Source: Eledone cirrhosa (lineage: Eukaryota). Taken from it: a stretch of 64,000 nucleotides of DNA. Every line of letters begins with the position of its first letter. The stretch's first letter is position 1. The stretch spans positions 52,886,001 to 52,950,000 of the forward strand of contig OZ024746.1 of the NCBI GenBank assembly GCA_964016885.1, given 5' to 3'. Below, piece by piece: positions 39,430-53,180 of this stretch. The notes beneath the pieces were generated by a model. That model was not told where the DNA came from. It was given only the letters and a program-made list of their open reading frames with translations, and ran no database searches. A program made the translations under genes and the position numbers.

Positions 39430-42400
39430 TGTTGTTGTTGTTGTTATTGTAGTTAGTGGTTGCTAAGATAATAGTGTTGTTGTTGTTGTTATTGTAGTTA
39501 GTGGTTGCTGAGATGGTAGTGTTGTTGTTGTTATTGTAGTTAGTGGTTGCTGAGATGGTAGTGTTGTTGTTGTTGTTATTGTAGTTAGTGGTTTCTGTGA
39601 TGGTAGTGTTGTTGTTGTTGTTATTGTAGTTAGTGGTTGCTGTGATGGTAGTGTTGTTGTTGTTATTGTAGTTAGTGGTTGCTGAGATGGTAGTGTTGTT
39701 GTTGTTGTTATTGTAGTTAGTGGTTGCTGAGATGGTAGTGTTGTTGTTGCTGTTATTGTAGTTAGTGGTTTCTGTGATGGTAGTGTTGTTGTTGTTGTTA
39801 TTGTAGTTAGTGGTTGCTGTGATGGTAGTGTTGTTGTTGTTATTCTAGTTAGTGGTTGCTGTGATGGTAGTGTTGTTGTTGTTGTTATTGTAGTTAGTGG
39901 TTTCTGTGATGGTAGTGTTGTTGTTGTTGTTATTGTAGTTAGTGGTTGCTGTGATGGTAGTTTTGTTGTTGTTATTCTAGTTAGTGGTTGCTGTGATGGT
40001 AGTGTTGTTGTTGTTGTTACTGTAGTTAGTGGTTTCTGTGATGGTAGTGTTGTTGTTGTTATTCTAGTTAGTGGTTGCTGTGATGGTAGTGTTGTTGTTG
40101 TTGTTATTGTAGTTAGTGGTTGCTGAGATGGTAGTGTTGTTGTTGTTATTGTAGTTAGTGTTTGCTGAGATGGTAGTGTTGTTGTTGTTTTTATTGTAGT
40201 TAGTGGTTGCTGAGATGGTAGTGTTGTTTTTGTTATTGTAGTTAGTGGTTTCTGTGATGGTAGTGTTGTTGTTGTTATTGTAGTTAGTGGTTGCTGAGAT
40301 GGTAGTGTTGTTGTTGTGGTTATTGTAGTTAGTGGTTGCTGAGATGGTAGTGTTGTTGTTGTTATTGTAGTTAGTGTTTGCTGAGATGGTAGTGTTGTTG
40401 TTGTTTTTATTGTAGTTAGTGGTTGCTGAGATGGTAGTGTTGTTTTTGTTATTGTAGTTAGTGGTTTCTGTGATGGTAGTGTTGTTGTTGTTATTGTAGT
40501 TAGTGGTTGCTGAGATGGTAGTGTTGTTGTTGTGGTTATTGTAGTTAGTGGTTGCTGAGATGGTAGTGTTGTTGTTGTTATTGTAGCTAGTGGTTGCTGT
40601 GATGGTAGTGTTGTTGTTGTTATTGTAGTTAGTGGTTGCTATGATGGTAGTGATGTTGTTGTTATTGTAGCTAGTGGTTGCTGTGTTGGTAGTGTTGTTG
40701 TTGTTATTGTAGTTAGTGGTTGCTATGATGGTAGTGTTGTTGTTGTTATTGTAGCTAGTGGTTGCTGTGATGGTAGTGTTTTTGTTGTTATTGTAGTTAG
40801 TGGTTGCTGTAATGGTAGTGTTGTTGTTGTTGTTATTGTAGTTAGTGGTTGCTGTGATGTTAGTGTTGTTGTTGTTATTGTAGTTAGTGGTTGCTGTGAT
40901 GGTAGTGTTGTTGTTGTTGTTATTGTAGTTAGTGGTTTCTGTGATGGTAGTGTTGTTGTTGTTATTGTAGTTAGTGGTTGCTGAGATAGTAGTGTTGTTG
41001 TTGTTGTTGTTATTGTAGTTAGTGGTTTCTGTGATGGTAGTGTTGTTGTTGTTATTGTAGTTAGTGTTTGCTGAGTTGGTAGTGTTGTTGTTGTTGTTAT
41101 TGTAGTTAGTGGTTTCTGTGATGGTAGTGTTGTTGTTGTTGTTATTGTAGTTAGTGGTTGCTGTGATGGTAGTGTTGTTGTTGTTATTGTAGTTAGTGGT
41201 TGCTGAGATGGTAGTGTTGTTGTTGTTGTTGTAGTTAGTAGTTGCTGTGATGGTAGTGTTGTTGTTGTTGTTATTGTAGTTAGTGGTTGCTGAGATGGTA
41301 GTGTTGTTGTTGTTGTTGTAGTTAGTGGTTGAAGAGATGGTAGTGTTGTTGTTGTTGTTATTGTAGTTAGTGGTTGCTGTGATGGTAGTGTTGTTGTTGT
41401 TGTTATTGTAGTTAGTGGTTTCTGTGATGGTAGTGTTGTTGTTGTTGTTATTGTAGTTAGTGGTTGCTGTGATGGTAGTGTTGTTGTTGTTATTGTAGTT
41501 AGTGGTTGCTGAGATGGTAGTGTTGTTGTTGTTGTTATAGGTAGTTAGTGGTTGCTGAGACGGTAGTGTTATTGTTGTTGTTATTGTTGTTAGTGGTTTC
41601 TGTGATGGTAGTGTTGTTGCTGTTGTTATTGTAGTTAAAGGTTGCTGTGATGGTAGTGTTGTTGTTGTTATTCTAGTTAGTGGTTGCAGAGGTGATAGTG
41701 TTGTTGTTGTTGTTATTGTAGAAGATGGTTTCTGTGATGGTAGTGTTGTTGTTGTTGTTATTGTAGTTAGTGGTTGCGGAGATGGTAGTGTTGTTGTTGT
41801 TGTTATTGTAGTTAGAGTTTGCTGAGATGGTAGTGTTGTTGTTGTTGTTATTGTAGTTAGTGGTTGCTGAGATGGTAGTGTTGTTGTTGTTGTTATTGTA
41901 GTTAGAGGTTGCTGTGATGGTAGTCTTGTTGTTGTTGTTATTGTAGTTAGTGGTTTCTGTGATGGTAGTGTTGTTGTTGTTGTTATTGTTGTTAGTGGTT
42001 GCTGAGATAATAGTGTTGTTGTTGTTGTTATTGTAGTTAGTGGTTGCTGAGATGATAGTGTTGTTGTTGTTGTTATTGTAGTTAGTGGTTGCTGAGATGG
42101 TAGTGTTGTTGTTGTTGTTATGTAGTTAGTGGTTTTTGTGATGGTAGTGTTGTTGTTGTTGTTATTGTAGTTAGTGGTTGCTGTGATGGTAGTGTTGTTG
42201 TTGTTATTGTAGTTAGTGGTTGCTGAGATGGTAGTGTTGTTGTTGTTGTTATTGTAGTTAGTGGTTGCTGAGATGGTAGTGTTGTTGCTGTTGTTATTGT
42301 AGTTAGTGGTTTCTGTGATGGTAGAGTTGTTGTTGTTGTTATTGTAGTTAGTGGTTGCTGTGTTGGTAGTGTTGTTGTTGTTATTCTAGTTAGTGGTTGC

Positions 42401-45400
42401 TGTGAAGGTAGTGTTGTTGTTGTTGTTATTGTATTTAGTGGTTTCTGTGATGGTAGTGTTGTTGTTGTTATTGTAGTTAGTGGTTGCTGAGATGGTAGTG
42501 TTGTTGTTAGTATTGTAGTTAGAGGTTGCTGAGATGGTAGTGTTGTTGTTGTTATTCTAGTTAGTGGTTGCTGAGATAGTAGTGTTGTTGTTGTTGTTAT
42601 TGTAGTTAGTGGTTTCTGTGATGGTAGTGTTGTTGTTGTTGTTATTGTAGTTAGTGGTTGCTGAGATCATAGTGTTGTTGTTGTTGTTATTGTAGTTAGT
42701 GTTTGCTGAGTTGGTAGTGTTGTTGTTGTTGTTATTGTAGTTAGTGGTTGCTGTGATGGTAGTGTTGTTGTTGTTGTTATTGTAGTTAGTGGTTGCTGTG
42801 ATGGTAGTGTTGTTGTTGTTATTGTAGTTAGTGGTAGCTGAGATGGTAGTGTTGTTGTTGTTGTTGTAGTTAGTAGTTGCTGTGATGGTAGTGTTGTTGT
42901 TGTTGTTATTGTAGTTAGTGGTTGCTGAGATGGTAGTGTTGTTGTTGTTGTTGTAGTTAGTGGTTGATGAGATGGTAGTGTTGTTGTTGTTGTTATTGTA
43001 GTTAGTGGTTTCTGTGATGGTAGTGTTGTTGTTGTTGTTATTGTAGTTAGTGGTTGCTGTGATGGTAGTGTTGTTGTTGTTATTGTAGTTAGTGGTTGCT
43101 GAGATGGTAGTGTTGTTGTTGTTGTTATAGGTAGTTAGTGGTTGCTGAGATGGTAGTGTTGTTGTTGTTGTTATTGTAGTTAGTGGTTTCTGTGATGGTA
43201 GTGTTGTTGTTGTTGTTATTGTAGTTAGTGGTTGCTGTGATGGTAGTGTTGTTGTTGTTATTCTAGTTAGTGGTTGCTGAGATGATAGTGTTGTTGTTGT
43301 TGTTATTGTAGAAGGTGGTTTCTGTGATGATAGTGTTGTTGTTGTTGTTATTGTAGTTAGTGGTTGCGGAGATGGTAGTGTTGTTGTTGTTGTTATTGTA
43401 GTTAGAGTTTGCTGAGATGGTAGTGTTGTTGTTGTTGTTATTGTAGTTAGTGGTTGCTGAGATGGTAGTGTTGTTGTTGTTGTTATTGTAGTTAGAGGTT
43501 GCTGTGATGGTAGTGTTGTTGTTGTTGTTATTGTAGTTAGTGGTTTCTGTGATGGTAGTGTTGTTGTTGTTGTTATTGTAGTTAGTGGTTGCTGAGATAA
43601 TAGTGTTGTTGTTGTTGTTATTGTAGTTAGTGGTTGCTGAGATGATAGTGTTGTTGTTGTTGTTATTGTAGTTAGTGGTTGCTGAGATGGTAGTGTTGTT
43701 GTTGTTGTTATGTAGTTAGTGGTTTTTGTGATGGTAGTGTTGTTGTTGTTATTCTAGTTAGTGGTTGCTGTGATGGTAGTGTTGTTGTTGTTGTTATTGT
43801 AGTTAGTGGTTTCTGTGATGGTAGTGTTGTTGTTGTTGTTATTGTAGTTAGTGGTTGCTGTGATGGTAGTGTTGTTGTTGTTATTGTAGTTAGTGGTTGC
43901 TGAGATGGTAGTGTTGTTGTTGTTATTGTAGTTAGTGTTTGCTGAGATGGTAGTGTTGTTGTTGTTATTGTAGCTAGTGGTTGCTGTGATGGTAGTGTTG
44001 TTGTTGTTATTGTAGTTAGTGGTTGCTATGATGGTAGTGATGTTGTTGTTATTGTAGCTAGTGGTTGCTGTGTTGGTAGTGTTGTTGTTGTTATTGTAGT
44101 TAGTGGTTGCTATGATGGTAGTGTTGTTGTTGTTATTGTAGCTAGTGGTTGCTGTGATGGTAGTGTTTTTGTTGTTATTGTAGTTAGTGGTTGCTGTAAT
44201 GGTAGTGTTGTTGTTGTTGTTATTGTAGTTAGTGGTTGCTGTGATGGTAGTGTTGTTGTTGTTATTGTAGTTAGTGGTTGCTGTGATGGTAGTGTTGTTG
44301 TTGTTGTTATTGTAGTTAGTGGTTTCTGTGATGGTAGTGTTGTTGTTGTTATTGTAGTTAGTGGTTGCTGAGATAGTAGTGTTGTTGTTGTTGTTATTGT
44401 AGTTAGTGGTTTCTGTGATGGTAGTGTTGTTGTTGTTGTTATTGTAGTTAGTGGTTGCTGAGATGATAGTGTTGTTGTTGTTGTTATTGTAGTTAGTGTT
44501 TGCTGAGTTGGTAGTGTTGTTGTTGTTGTTATTGTAGTTAGTGGTTTCTGTGATGGTAGTGTTGTTGTTGTTGTTATTGTAGTTAGTGGTTGCTGTGATG
44601 GTAGTGTTGTTGTTGTTGTTATTGTAGTTAGTGGTTGCTGTGATGGTAGTGTTGTTGTTGTTATTGTAGTTAGTGGTTGCTGAGATGGTAGTGTTGTTGT
44701 TGTTGTTGTAGTTAGTAGTTGCTGTGATGGTAGTGTTGTTGTTGTTGTTATTGTAGTTAGTGGTTGCTAAGATAATAGTGTTGTTGTTGTTGTTATTGTA
44801 GTTAGTGGTTGCTGAGATGGTAGTGTTGTTGTTGTTATTGTAGTTAGTGGTTGCTGAGATGGTAGTGTTGTTGTTGTTGTTATTGTAGTTAGTGGTTTCT
44901 GTGATGGTAGTGTTGTTGTTGTTGTTATTGTAGTTAGTGGTTGCTGTGATGGTAGTGTTGTTGTTGTTATTGTAGTTAGTGGTTGCTGAGATGGTAGTGT
45001 TGTTGTTGTTGTTATTGTAGTTAGTGGTTGCTGAGATGGTAGTGTTGTTGTTGCTGTTATTGTAGTTAGTGGTTTCTGTGATGGTAGTGTTGTTGTTGTT
45101 GTTATTGTAGTTAGTGGTTGCTGTGATGGTAGTGTTGTTGTTGTTATTCTAGTTAGTGGTTGCTGTGATGGTAGTGTTGTTGTTGTTGTTATTGTAGTTA
45201 GTGGTTTCTGTGATGGTAGTGTTGTTGTTGTTGTTATTGTAGTTAGTGGTTGCTGTGATGGTAGTTTTGTTGTTGTTATTCTAGTTAGTGGTTGCTGTGA
45301 TGGTAGTGTTGTTGTTGTTGTTATTGTAGTTAGTGGTTTCTGTGATGGTAGTGTTGTTGTTGTTATTGTAGTTAGTGGTTGCTGAGATGGTAGTGTTGTT

Positions 45401-48400
45401 GTTGTTATTGTAGTTAGTGTTTGCAGAGATGGTAGTGTTGTTGTTGTTTTTATTGTAGTTAGTGGTTGCTGAGATGGTAGTGTTGTTTTTGTTATTGTAG
45501 TTAGTGGTTTCTGTGATGGTAGTGTTGTTGTTGTTATTGTAGTTAGTGGTTGCTGAGATGGTAGTGTTGTTGTTGTGGTTATTGTAGTTAGTGGTTGCTG
45601 AGATGGTAGTGTTGTTGTTGTTATTGTAGTTAGTGTTTGCTGAGATGGTAGTGTTGTTGTTGTTTTTATTGTAGTTAGTGGTTGCTGAGATGGTAGTGTT
45701 GTTTTTGTTATTGTAGTTAGTGGTTTCTGTGATGGTAGTGTTGTTGTTGTTATTGTAGTTAGTGGTTGCTGAGATGGTAGTGTTGTTGTTGTGGTTATTG
45801 TAGTTAGTGGTTGCTGAGATGGTAGTGTTGTTGTTGTTATTGTAGCTAGTGGTTGCTGTGATGGTAGTGTTGTTGTTGTTATTGTAGTTAGTGGTTGCTA
45901 TGATGGTAGTGATGTTGTTGTTATTGTAGCTAGTGGTTGCTGTGTTGGTAGTGTTGTTGTTGTTATTGTAGTTAGTGGTTGCTATGATGGTTGTGTTGTT
46001 GTTGTTATTGTAGCTAGTGGTTGCTGTGATGGTAGTGTTTTTGTTGTTATTGTAGTTAGTGGTTGCTGTAATGGTAGTGTTGTTGTTGTTTTTATTGTAG
46101 TTAGTGGTTGCTGTGATGTTAGTGTTGTTGTTGTTATTGTAGTTAGTGGTTGCTGTGATGGTAGTGTTGTTGTTGTTGTTATTGTAGTTAGTGGTTTCTG
46201 TGATGGTAGTGTTGTTGTTGTTATTGTAGTTAGTGGTTGCTGAGATAGTAGTGTTGTTGTTGTTGTTGTTATTGTAGTTAGTGGTTTCTGTGATGGTAGT
46301 GTTGTTGTTGTTATTGTAGTTAGTGTTTGCTGAGTTGGTAGTGTTGTTGTTGTTATTGTAGTTAGTGGTTTCTGTGATGGTAGTGTTGTTGTTGTTGTTA
46401 TTGTAGTTAGTGGTTGCTGTGATGGTAGTGTTGTTGTTGTTATTGTAGTTAGTGGTTGCTGAGATGGTAGTGTTGTTGTTGTTGTTGTAGTTAGTAGTTG
46501 CTGTGATGGTAGTGTTGTTGTTGTTGTTATTGTAGTTAGTGGTTGCTGAGATGGTAGTGTTGTTGTTGTTGTTGTAGTTAGTGGTTGAAGAGATGGTAGT
46601 GTTGTTGTTGTTGTTATTGTAGTTAGTGGTTGCTGTGATGGTAGTGTTGTTGTTGTTGTTATTGTAGTTAGTGGTTTCTGTGATGGTAGTGTTGTTGTTG
46701 TTGTTATTGTAGTTAGTGGTTGCTGTGATGGTAGTGTTGTTGTTGTTATTGTAGTTAGTGGTTGCTGAGATGGTAGTGTTGTTGTTGTTGTTATAGGTAG
46801 TTAGTGGTTGCTGAGATGGTAGTGTTATTGTTGTTGTTATTGTTGTTAGTGGTTTCTGTGATGGTAGTGTTGTTGCTGTTGTTATTGTAGTTAAAGGTTG
46901 CTGTGATGGTAGTGTTGTTGTTGTTATTCTAGTTAGTGGTTGCAGAGGTGATAGTGTTGTTGTTGTTGTTATTGTAGAAGATGGTTTCTGTGATGGTAGT
47001 GTTGTTGTTGTTGTTATTGTAGTTAGTGGTTGCGGAGATGGTAGTGTTGTTGTTGTTGTTATTGTAGTTAGAGTTTGCTGAGATGGTAGTGTTGTTGTTG
47101 TTGTTATTGTAGTTAGTGGTTGCTGAGATGGTAGTGTTGTTGTTGTTGTTATTGTAGTTAGAGGTTGCTGTGATGGTAGTCTTGTTGTTGTTGTTATTGT
47201 AGTTAGTGGTTTCTGTGATGGTAGTGTTGTTGTTGTTGTTATTGTTGTTAGTGGTTGCTGAGATAATAGTGTTGTTGTTGTTGTTATTGTAGTTAGTGGT
47301 TGCTGAGATGATAGTGTTGTTGTTGTTGTTATTGTAGTTAGTGGTTGCTGAGATGGTAGTGTTGTTGTTGTTGTTATGTAGTTAGTGGTTTTTGTGATGG
47401 TAGTGTTGTTGTTGTTGTTATTGTAGTTAGTGGTTGCTGTGATGGTAGTGTTGTTGTTGTTATTGTAGTTAGTGGTTGCTGAGATGGTAGTGTTGTTGTT
47501 GTTGTTATTGTAGTTAGTGGTTGCTGAGATGGTAGTGTTGTTGCTGTTGTTATTGTAGTTAGTGGTTTCTGTGATGGTAGAGTTGTTGTTGTTGTTATTG
47601 TAGTTAGTGGTTGCTGTGTTGGTAGTGTTGTTGTTGTTATTCTAGTTAGTGGTTGCTGTGAAGGTAGTGTTGTTGTTGTTGTTATTGTATTTAGTGGTTT
47701 CTGTGATGGTAGTGTTGTTGTTGTTATTGTAGTTAGTGGTTGCTGAGATGGTAGTGTTGTTGTTAGTATTGTAGTTAGAGGTTGCTGAGATGGTAGTGTT
47801 GTTGTTGTTATTCTAGTTAGTGGTTGCTGAGATAGTAGTGTTGTTGTTGTTGTTATTGTAGTTAGTGGTTTCTGTGATGGTAGTGTTGTTGTTGTTGTTA
47901 TTGTAGTTAGTGGTTGCTGAGATCATAGTGTTGTTGTTGTTGTTATTGTAGTTAGTGTTTGCTGAGTTGGTAGTGTTGTTGTTGTTGTTATTGTAGTTAG
48001 TGGTTGCTGTGATGGTAGTGTTGTTGTTGTTGTTATTGTAGTTAGTGGTTGCTGTGATGGTAGTGTTGTTGTTGTTATTGTAGTTAGTGGTTGCTGAGAT
48101 GGTAGTGTTGTTGTTGTTGTTGTAGTTAGTAGTTGCTGTGATGGTAGTGTTGTTGTTGTTGTTATTGTAGTTAGTGGTTGCTGAGATGGTAGTGTTGTTG
48201 TTGTTGTTGTAGTTAGTGGTTGATGAGATGGTAGTGTTGTTGTTGTTGTTATTGTAGTTAGTGGTTTCTGTGATGGTAGTGTTGTTGTTGTTGTTATTGT
48301 AGTTAGTGGTTGCTGTGATGGTAGTGTTGTTGTTGTTATTGTAGTTAGTGGTTGCTGAGATGGTAGTGTTGTTGTTGTTGTTATAGGTAGTTAGTGGTTG

Positions 48401-50020
48401 CTGAGATGGTAGTGTTGTTGTTGTTGTTATTGTAGTTAGTGGTTTCTGTGATGGTAGTGTTGTTGTTGTTGTTATTGTAGTTAAAGGTTGCTGTGATGGT
48501 AGTGTTGTTGTTGTTATTCTAGTTAGTGGTTGCTGAGATGATAGTGTTGTTGTTGTTGTTATTGTAGAAGGTGGTTTCTGTGATGATAGTGTTGTTGTTG
48601 TTGTTATTGTAGTTAGTGGTTGCGGAGATGGTAGTGTTGTTGTTGTTGTTATTGTAGTTAGAGTTTGCTGAGATGGTAGTGTTGTTGTTGTTGTTATTGT
48701 AGTTAGTGGTTGCTGAGATGGTAGTGTTGTTGTTGTTGTTATTGTAGTTAGAGGTTGCTGTGATGGTAGTGTTGTTGTTGTTGTTATTGTAGTTAGTGGT
48801 TTCTGTGATGGTAGTGTTGTTGTTGTTGTTATTGTAGTTAGTGGTTGCTGAGATAATAGTGTTGTTGTTGTTGTTATTGTAGTTAGTGGTTGCTGAGATG
48901 ATAGTGTTGTTGTTGTTGTTATTGTAGTTAGTGGTTGCTGAGATGGTAGTGTTGTTGTTGTTGTTATGTAGTTAGTGGTTTTTGTGATGGTAGTGTTGTT
49001 GTTGTTATTCTAGTTAGTGGTTGCTGTGATGGTAGTGTTGTTGTTGTTGTTATTGTAGTTAGTGGTTTCTGTGATGGTAGTGTTGTTGTTGTTGTTATTG
49101 TAGTTAGTGGTTGCTGTGATGGTAGTGTTGTTGTTGTTATTGTAGTTAGTGGTTGCTGAGATGGTAGTGTTGTTGTTGTTATTGTAGTTAGTGTTTGCTG
49201 AGATGGTAGTGTTGTTGTTGTTATTGTAGCTAGTGGTTGCTGTGATGGTAGTGTTGTTGTTGTTATTGTAGTTAGTGGTTGCTATGATGGTAGTGATGTT
49301 GTTGTTATTGTAGCTAGTGGTTGCTGTGTTGGTAGTGTTGTTGTTGTTATTGTAGTTAGTGGTTGCTATGATGGTAGTGTTGTTGTTGTTATTGTAGCTA
49401 GTGGTTGCTGTGATGGTAGTGTTTTTGTTGTTATTGTAGTTAGTGGTTGCTGTAATGGTAGTGTTGTTGTTGTTGTTATTGTAGTTAGTGGTTGCTGTGA
49501 TGGTAGTGTTGTTGTTGTTATTGTAGTTAGTGGTTGCTGTGATGGTAGTGTTGTTGTTGTTGTTATTGTAGTTAGTGGTTTCTGTGATGGTAGTGTTGTT
49601 GTTGTTATTGTAGTTAGTGGTTGCTGAGATAGTAGTGTTGTTGTTGTTGTTATTGTAGTTAGTGGTTTCTGTGATGGTAGTGTTGTTGTTGTTGTTATTG
49701 TAGTTAGTGGTTGCTGAGATGATAGTGTTGTTGTTGTTGTTATTGTAGTTAGTGTTTGCTGAGTTGGTAGTGTTGTTGTTGTTGTTATTGTAGTTAGTGG
49801 TTTCTGTGATGGTAGTGTTGTTGTTGTTGTTATTGTAGTTAGTGGTTGCTGTGATGGTAGTGTTGTTGTTGTTGTTATTGTAGTTAGTGGTTGCTGTGAT
49901 GGTAGTGTTGTTGTTGTTATTGTAGTTAGTGGTTGCTGAGATGGTAGTGTTGTTGTTGTTGTTGTAGTTAGTAGTTGCTGTGATGGTAGTGTTGTTGTTG
50001 TTGTTATTGTAGTTAGTGGT
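39430..50020. repeat. Tandem ~5.3-kb higher-order duplication (copy A ~39430-44740, copy B ~44740-50020)
   Basis: GCTAAGATAATAG 39462/44766 and GTAGTTTTG 39957/45261 are 5304 apart. GAAGAGATGG 41331/46587, GCAGAGGTGATAG 41686/46942, GAAGGTGG 43311/48567 and GTTAGTAGTT 44711/49967 are 5256 apart. Confidence 0.93.
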
Positions 50021-52519
50021 TGCTGAGATGGTAGTGTTGTTGTTGTTGTTGTAGTTAGTGGTTGATGAGATGATAGTGTTGTTGTTGTTGTTATTGTAGT
50101 TAGTGGTTGCTGTGATGGTAGTGTTGTTGTTGTTGTTATTGTAGTTAGTGGTTTCTGTGATGGTAGTGTTGTTGTTGTTGTTATTGTAGTTAGTGGTTGC
50201 TGTGATGGTAGTGTTGTTGTTGTTATTGTAGTTAGTGGTTGCTGAGATGGTAGTGTTGTTGTTGTTGTTATAGGTAGTTAGTGGTTGCTGAGATGGTAGT
50301 GTTGTTGTTGTTGTTATTGTTGTTAGTGGTTTCTGTGATGGTAGTGTTGTTGTTGTTGTTATTGTAGTTAAAGGTTGCTGTGATGGTAGTGTTGTTGTTG
50401 TTATTCTAGTTAGTGGTTGCTGAGATGATAGTGTTGTTGTTGTTGTTATTGTAGAAGGTGGTTTCTGTGATGGTAGTGTTGTTGTTGTTGTTATTGTAGT
50501 TAGTGGTTGCTGTGATGGTAGTGTTGTTGTTGTTATTGTAGTTAGTGGTTGCTGAGATGGTAGTGTTGTTGTTGTGGTTATTGTAGTTAGTGGTTGCTGA
50601 GATGGTAGTGTTGTTGTTGTTATTGTAGTTAGTGGTTGCTGTGATGGTAGTGTTGTTGTTGTTATTGTAGTTAGTGGTTGCTGAGATGGTAGTGTTGTTG
50701 TTGTGGTTATTGTAGTTAGTGGTTGCTGTGATGGTAGTGTTGTTGTTGTTATTGTAGTTAGTGTTTGCTGAGATGGTAGTGTTGTTGTTGTTTTTATTGT
50801 AGTTAGTGGTTGCTGAGATGGTAGTGTTGTTTTTGTTATTGTAGTTAGTGGTTTCTGTGATGGTAGTGTTGTTGTTGTTATTGTAGTTAGTGGTTGCTGA
50901 GATGGTAGTGTTGTTGTTGTGGTTATTGTAGTTAGTGGTTGCTGTAATGGTAGTGTTGTTGTTGTTGTTATTGTAGTTAGTGGTTGCTGTGATGGTAGTG
51001 TTGTTGTTGTTATTGTAGTTAGTGGTTGCTGTGATGGTAGTGTTGTTGTTGTTGTTATTGTAGTTAGTGGTTTCTGTGATGGTAGTGTTGTTGTTGTTAT
51101 TGTAGTTAGTGGTTGCTGAGATAGTAGTGTTGTTGTTGTTGTTATTGTAGTTAGCGGTTTCTGTGATGGTAGTGTTGTTGTTGTTGTTATTGTAGTTAGT
51201 GGTTGCTGAGATGATAGTGTTGTTGTTGTTGTTATTGTAGTTAGTGTTTGCTGAGTTGGTAGTGTTGTTGTTGTTGTTATTGTAGTTAGTGGTTTCTGTG
51301 ATGGTAGTGTTGTTGTTGTTGTTATTGTAGTTAGTGGTTGCTGTGATGGTAGTGTTGTTGTTGTTGTTATTGTAGTTAGTGGTTGCTGTGATGGTAGTGT
51401 TGTTGTTGTTATTGTAGTTAGTGGTTGCTGAGATGGTAGTGTTGTTGTTGTTGTTGTAGTTAGTAGTTGCTGTGATGGTAGTGTTGTTGTTGTTGTTATT
51501 GTAGTTAGTGGTTGCTGAGATGGTAGTGTTGTTGTTGTTGTTGTAGTTAGTGGTTGATGAGATGATAGTGTTGTTGTTGTTGTTATTGTAGTTAGTGGTT
51601 GCTGTGATGGTAGTGTTGTTGTTGTTGTTGTTGTTATTGTAGTTAGTGGTTTCTGTGATGGTAGTGTTGTTGTTGTTATTGTAGTTAGAGTTTGCTGAGA
51701 TGGTAGTGTTGTTGTTGTTGTTATTGTAGTTAGTGGTTGCTGAGATGGTAGTGTTGTTGTTGTTGTTATTGTAGTTAGAGGTTGCTGTGATGGTAGTCTT
51801 GTTGTTGTTGTTATTGTAGTTAGTGGTTTCTGTGATGGTAGTGTTGTTGTTGTTGTTATTGTAGTTAGTGGTTGCTGAGATGATAGTGTTGTTGTTGTTG
51901 TTATTGTAGTTAGTGGTTGCTGAGATGATAGTGTTGTTGTTGTTGTTATTGTAGTTAGTGGTTGCTGAGATTGTAGTGTTGTTGTTGTTGTTATGTAGTT
52001 AGTGGTTTTTGTGATGGTAGTGTTGTTGTTGTTGTTATTGTAGTTAGTGGTTGCTGTGATGGTAGTGTTGTTGTTGTTATTGTAGTTAGTGGTTGCTGAG
52101 ATGGTAGTGTTGTTGTTGTTGTTATTGTAGTTAGTGGTTGCTGTGATGGTAGTGTTGTTGTTGTTGTTATTGTAGTTAGTGGTTTCTGTGATGGTAGTGT
52201 TGTTGTTGTTGTTATTGTAGTTAGTGGTTGCTGTGATGGTAGTGTTGTTGTTGTTATTGTAGTTAGTGGTTGCTGAGATGGTAGTGTTGTTGTTGTTGTT
52301 ATAGGTAGTTAGTGGTTGCTGAAATGGTAGTGTTGTTGTTGTTGTTATTGTAGTTAGTGGTTTCTGTGATGGTAGTGTTGTTGTTGTTGTTATTGTAGTT
52401 AAAGGTTGCTGTGATGGTAGTGTTGTTGTTGTTATTCTAGTTAGTGGTTGCTGAGATGGTAGTGTTGTTGTTGTTGTTATGTAGTTAGTGGTTTTTGTGA
52501 TGGTAGTGTTGTTGTTGTT

Positions 52520-53180
52520 GTTATTGTAGTTAGTGGTTGCTGTGATGGTAGTGTTGTTGTTGTTATTCTAGTTAGTGGTTGCTGTGATGGTAGTGTTGTT
52601 GTTGTTGTTATTGTAGTTAGTGGTTTCTGTGATGGTAGTGTTGTTTTTGTTGTTATTGTAGTTAGTGGTTGCTGTGATGGTAGTGTTGTTGTTGTTATTC
52701 TAGTTAGTGGTTGCTGTGATGGTAGTGTTGTTGTTGTTGTTATTGTAGTTAGTGGTTTCTGTGATGGTAGTGTTGTTGTTGTTGTTATTGTAGTTAGTGG
52801 TTGCTGTGATGGTAGTGTTGTTGTTGTTATTCTAGTTAGTGGTTGCTGTGATGGTAGTGTTGTTGTTGTTGTTATTGTAGTTAGTGGTTTCTGTGATGGT
52901 AGTGTTGTTGTTGTTGTTATTGTAGTTAGTGGTTGCTGTGATGGTAGTGTTGTTGTTGTTATTCTAGTTAGTGGTTGCTGTGATGGTAGTGTTGTTGTTG
53001 TTGTTATTGTAGTTAGTGGTTTCTGTGATGGTAGTGTTGTTGTTGTTGTTATTGTAGTTAGTGGTTGCTGTGATGGTAGTGTTGTTGTTGTTATTCTAGT
53101 TAGTGGTTGCTGTGATGGTAGTGTTGTTGTTGTTGTTATTGTAGTTAGTGGTTTCTGTGATGGTAGTGTTGTTGTTGTTA
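52520..53180. repeat. 132-bp (42+45+45) trimeric higher-order repeat, 5 copies
   Basis: TCTAG lies at 52567, 52699, 52831, 52963 and 53095, exactly 132 apart. Confidence 0.92.

Noticed and set aside
50919-51119. 66-aa + strand Val/Cys-rich ORF
   Set aside because: It is merely a run of four TGT-type monomers between TGA-type monomers, with a GTG start from a point variant.
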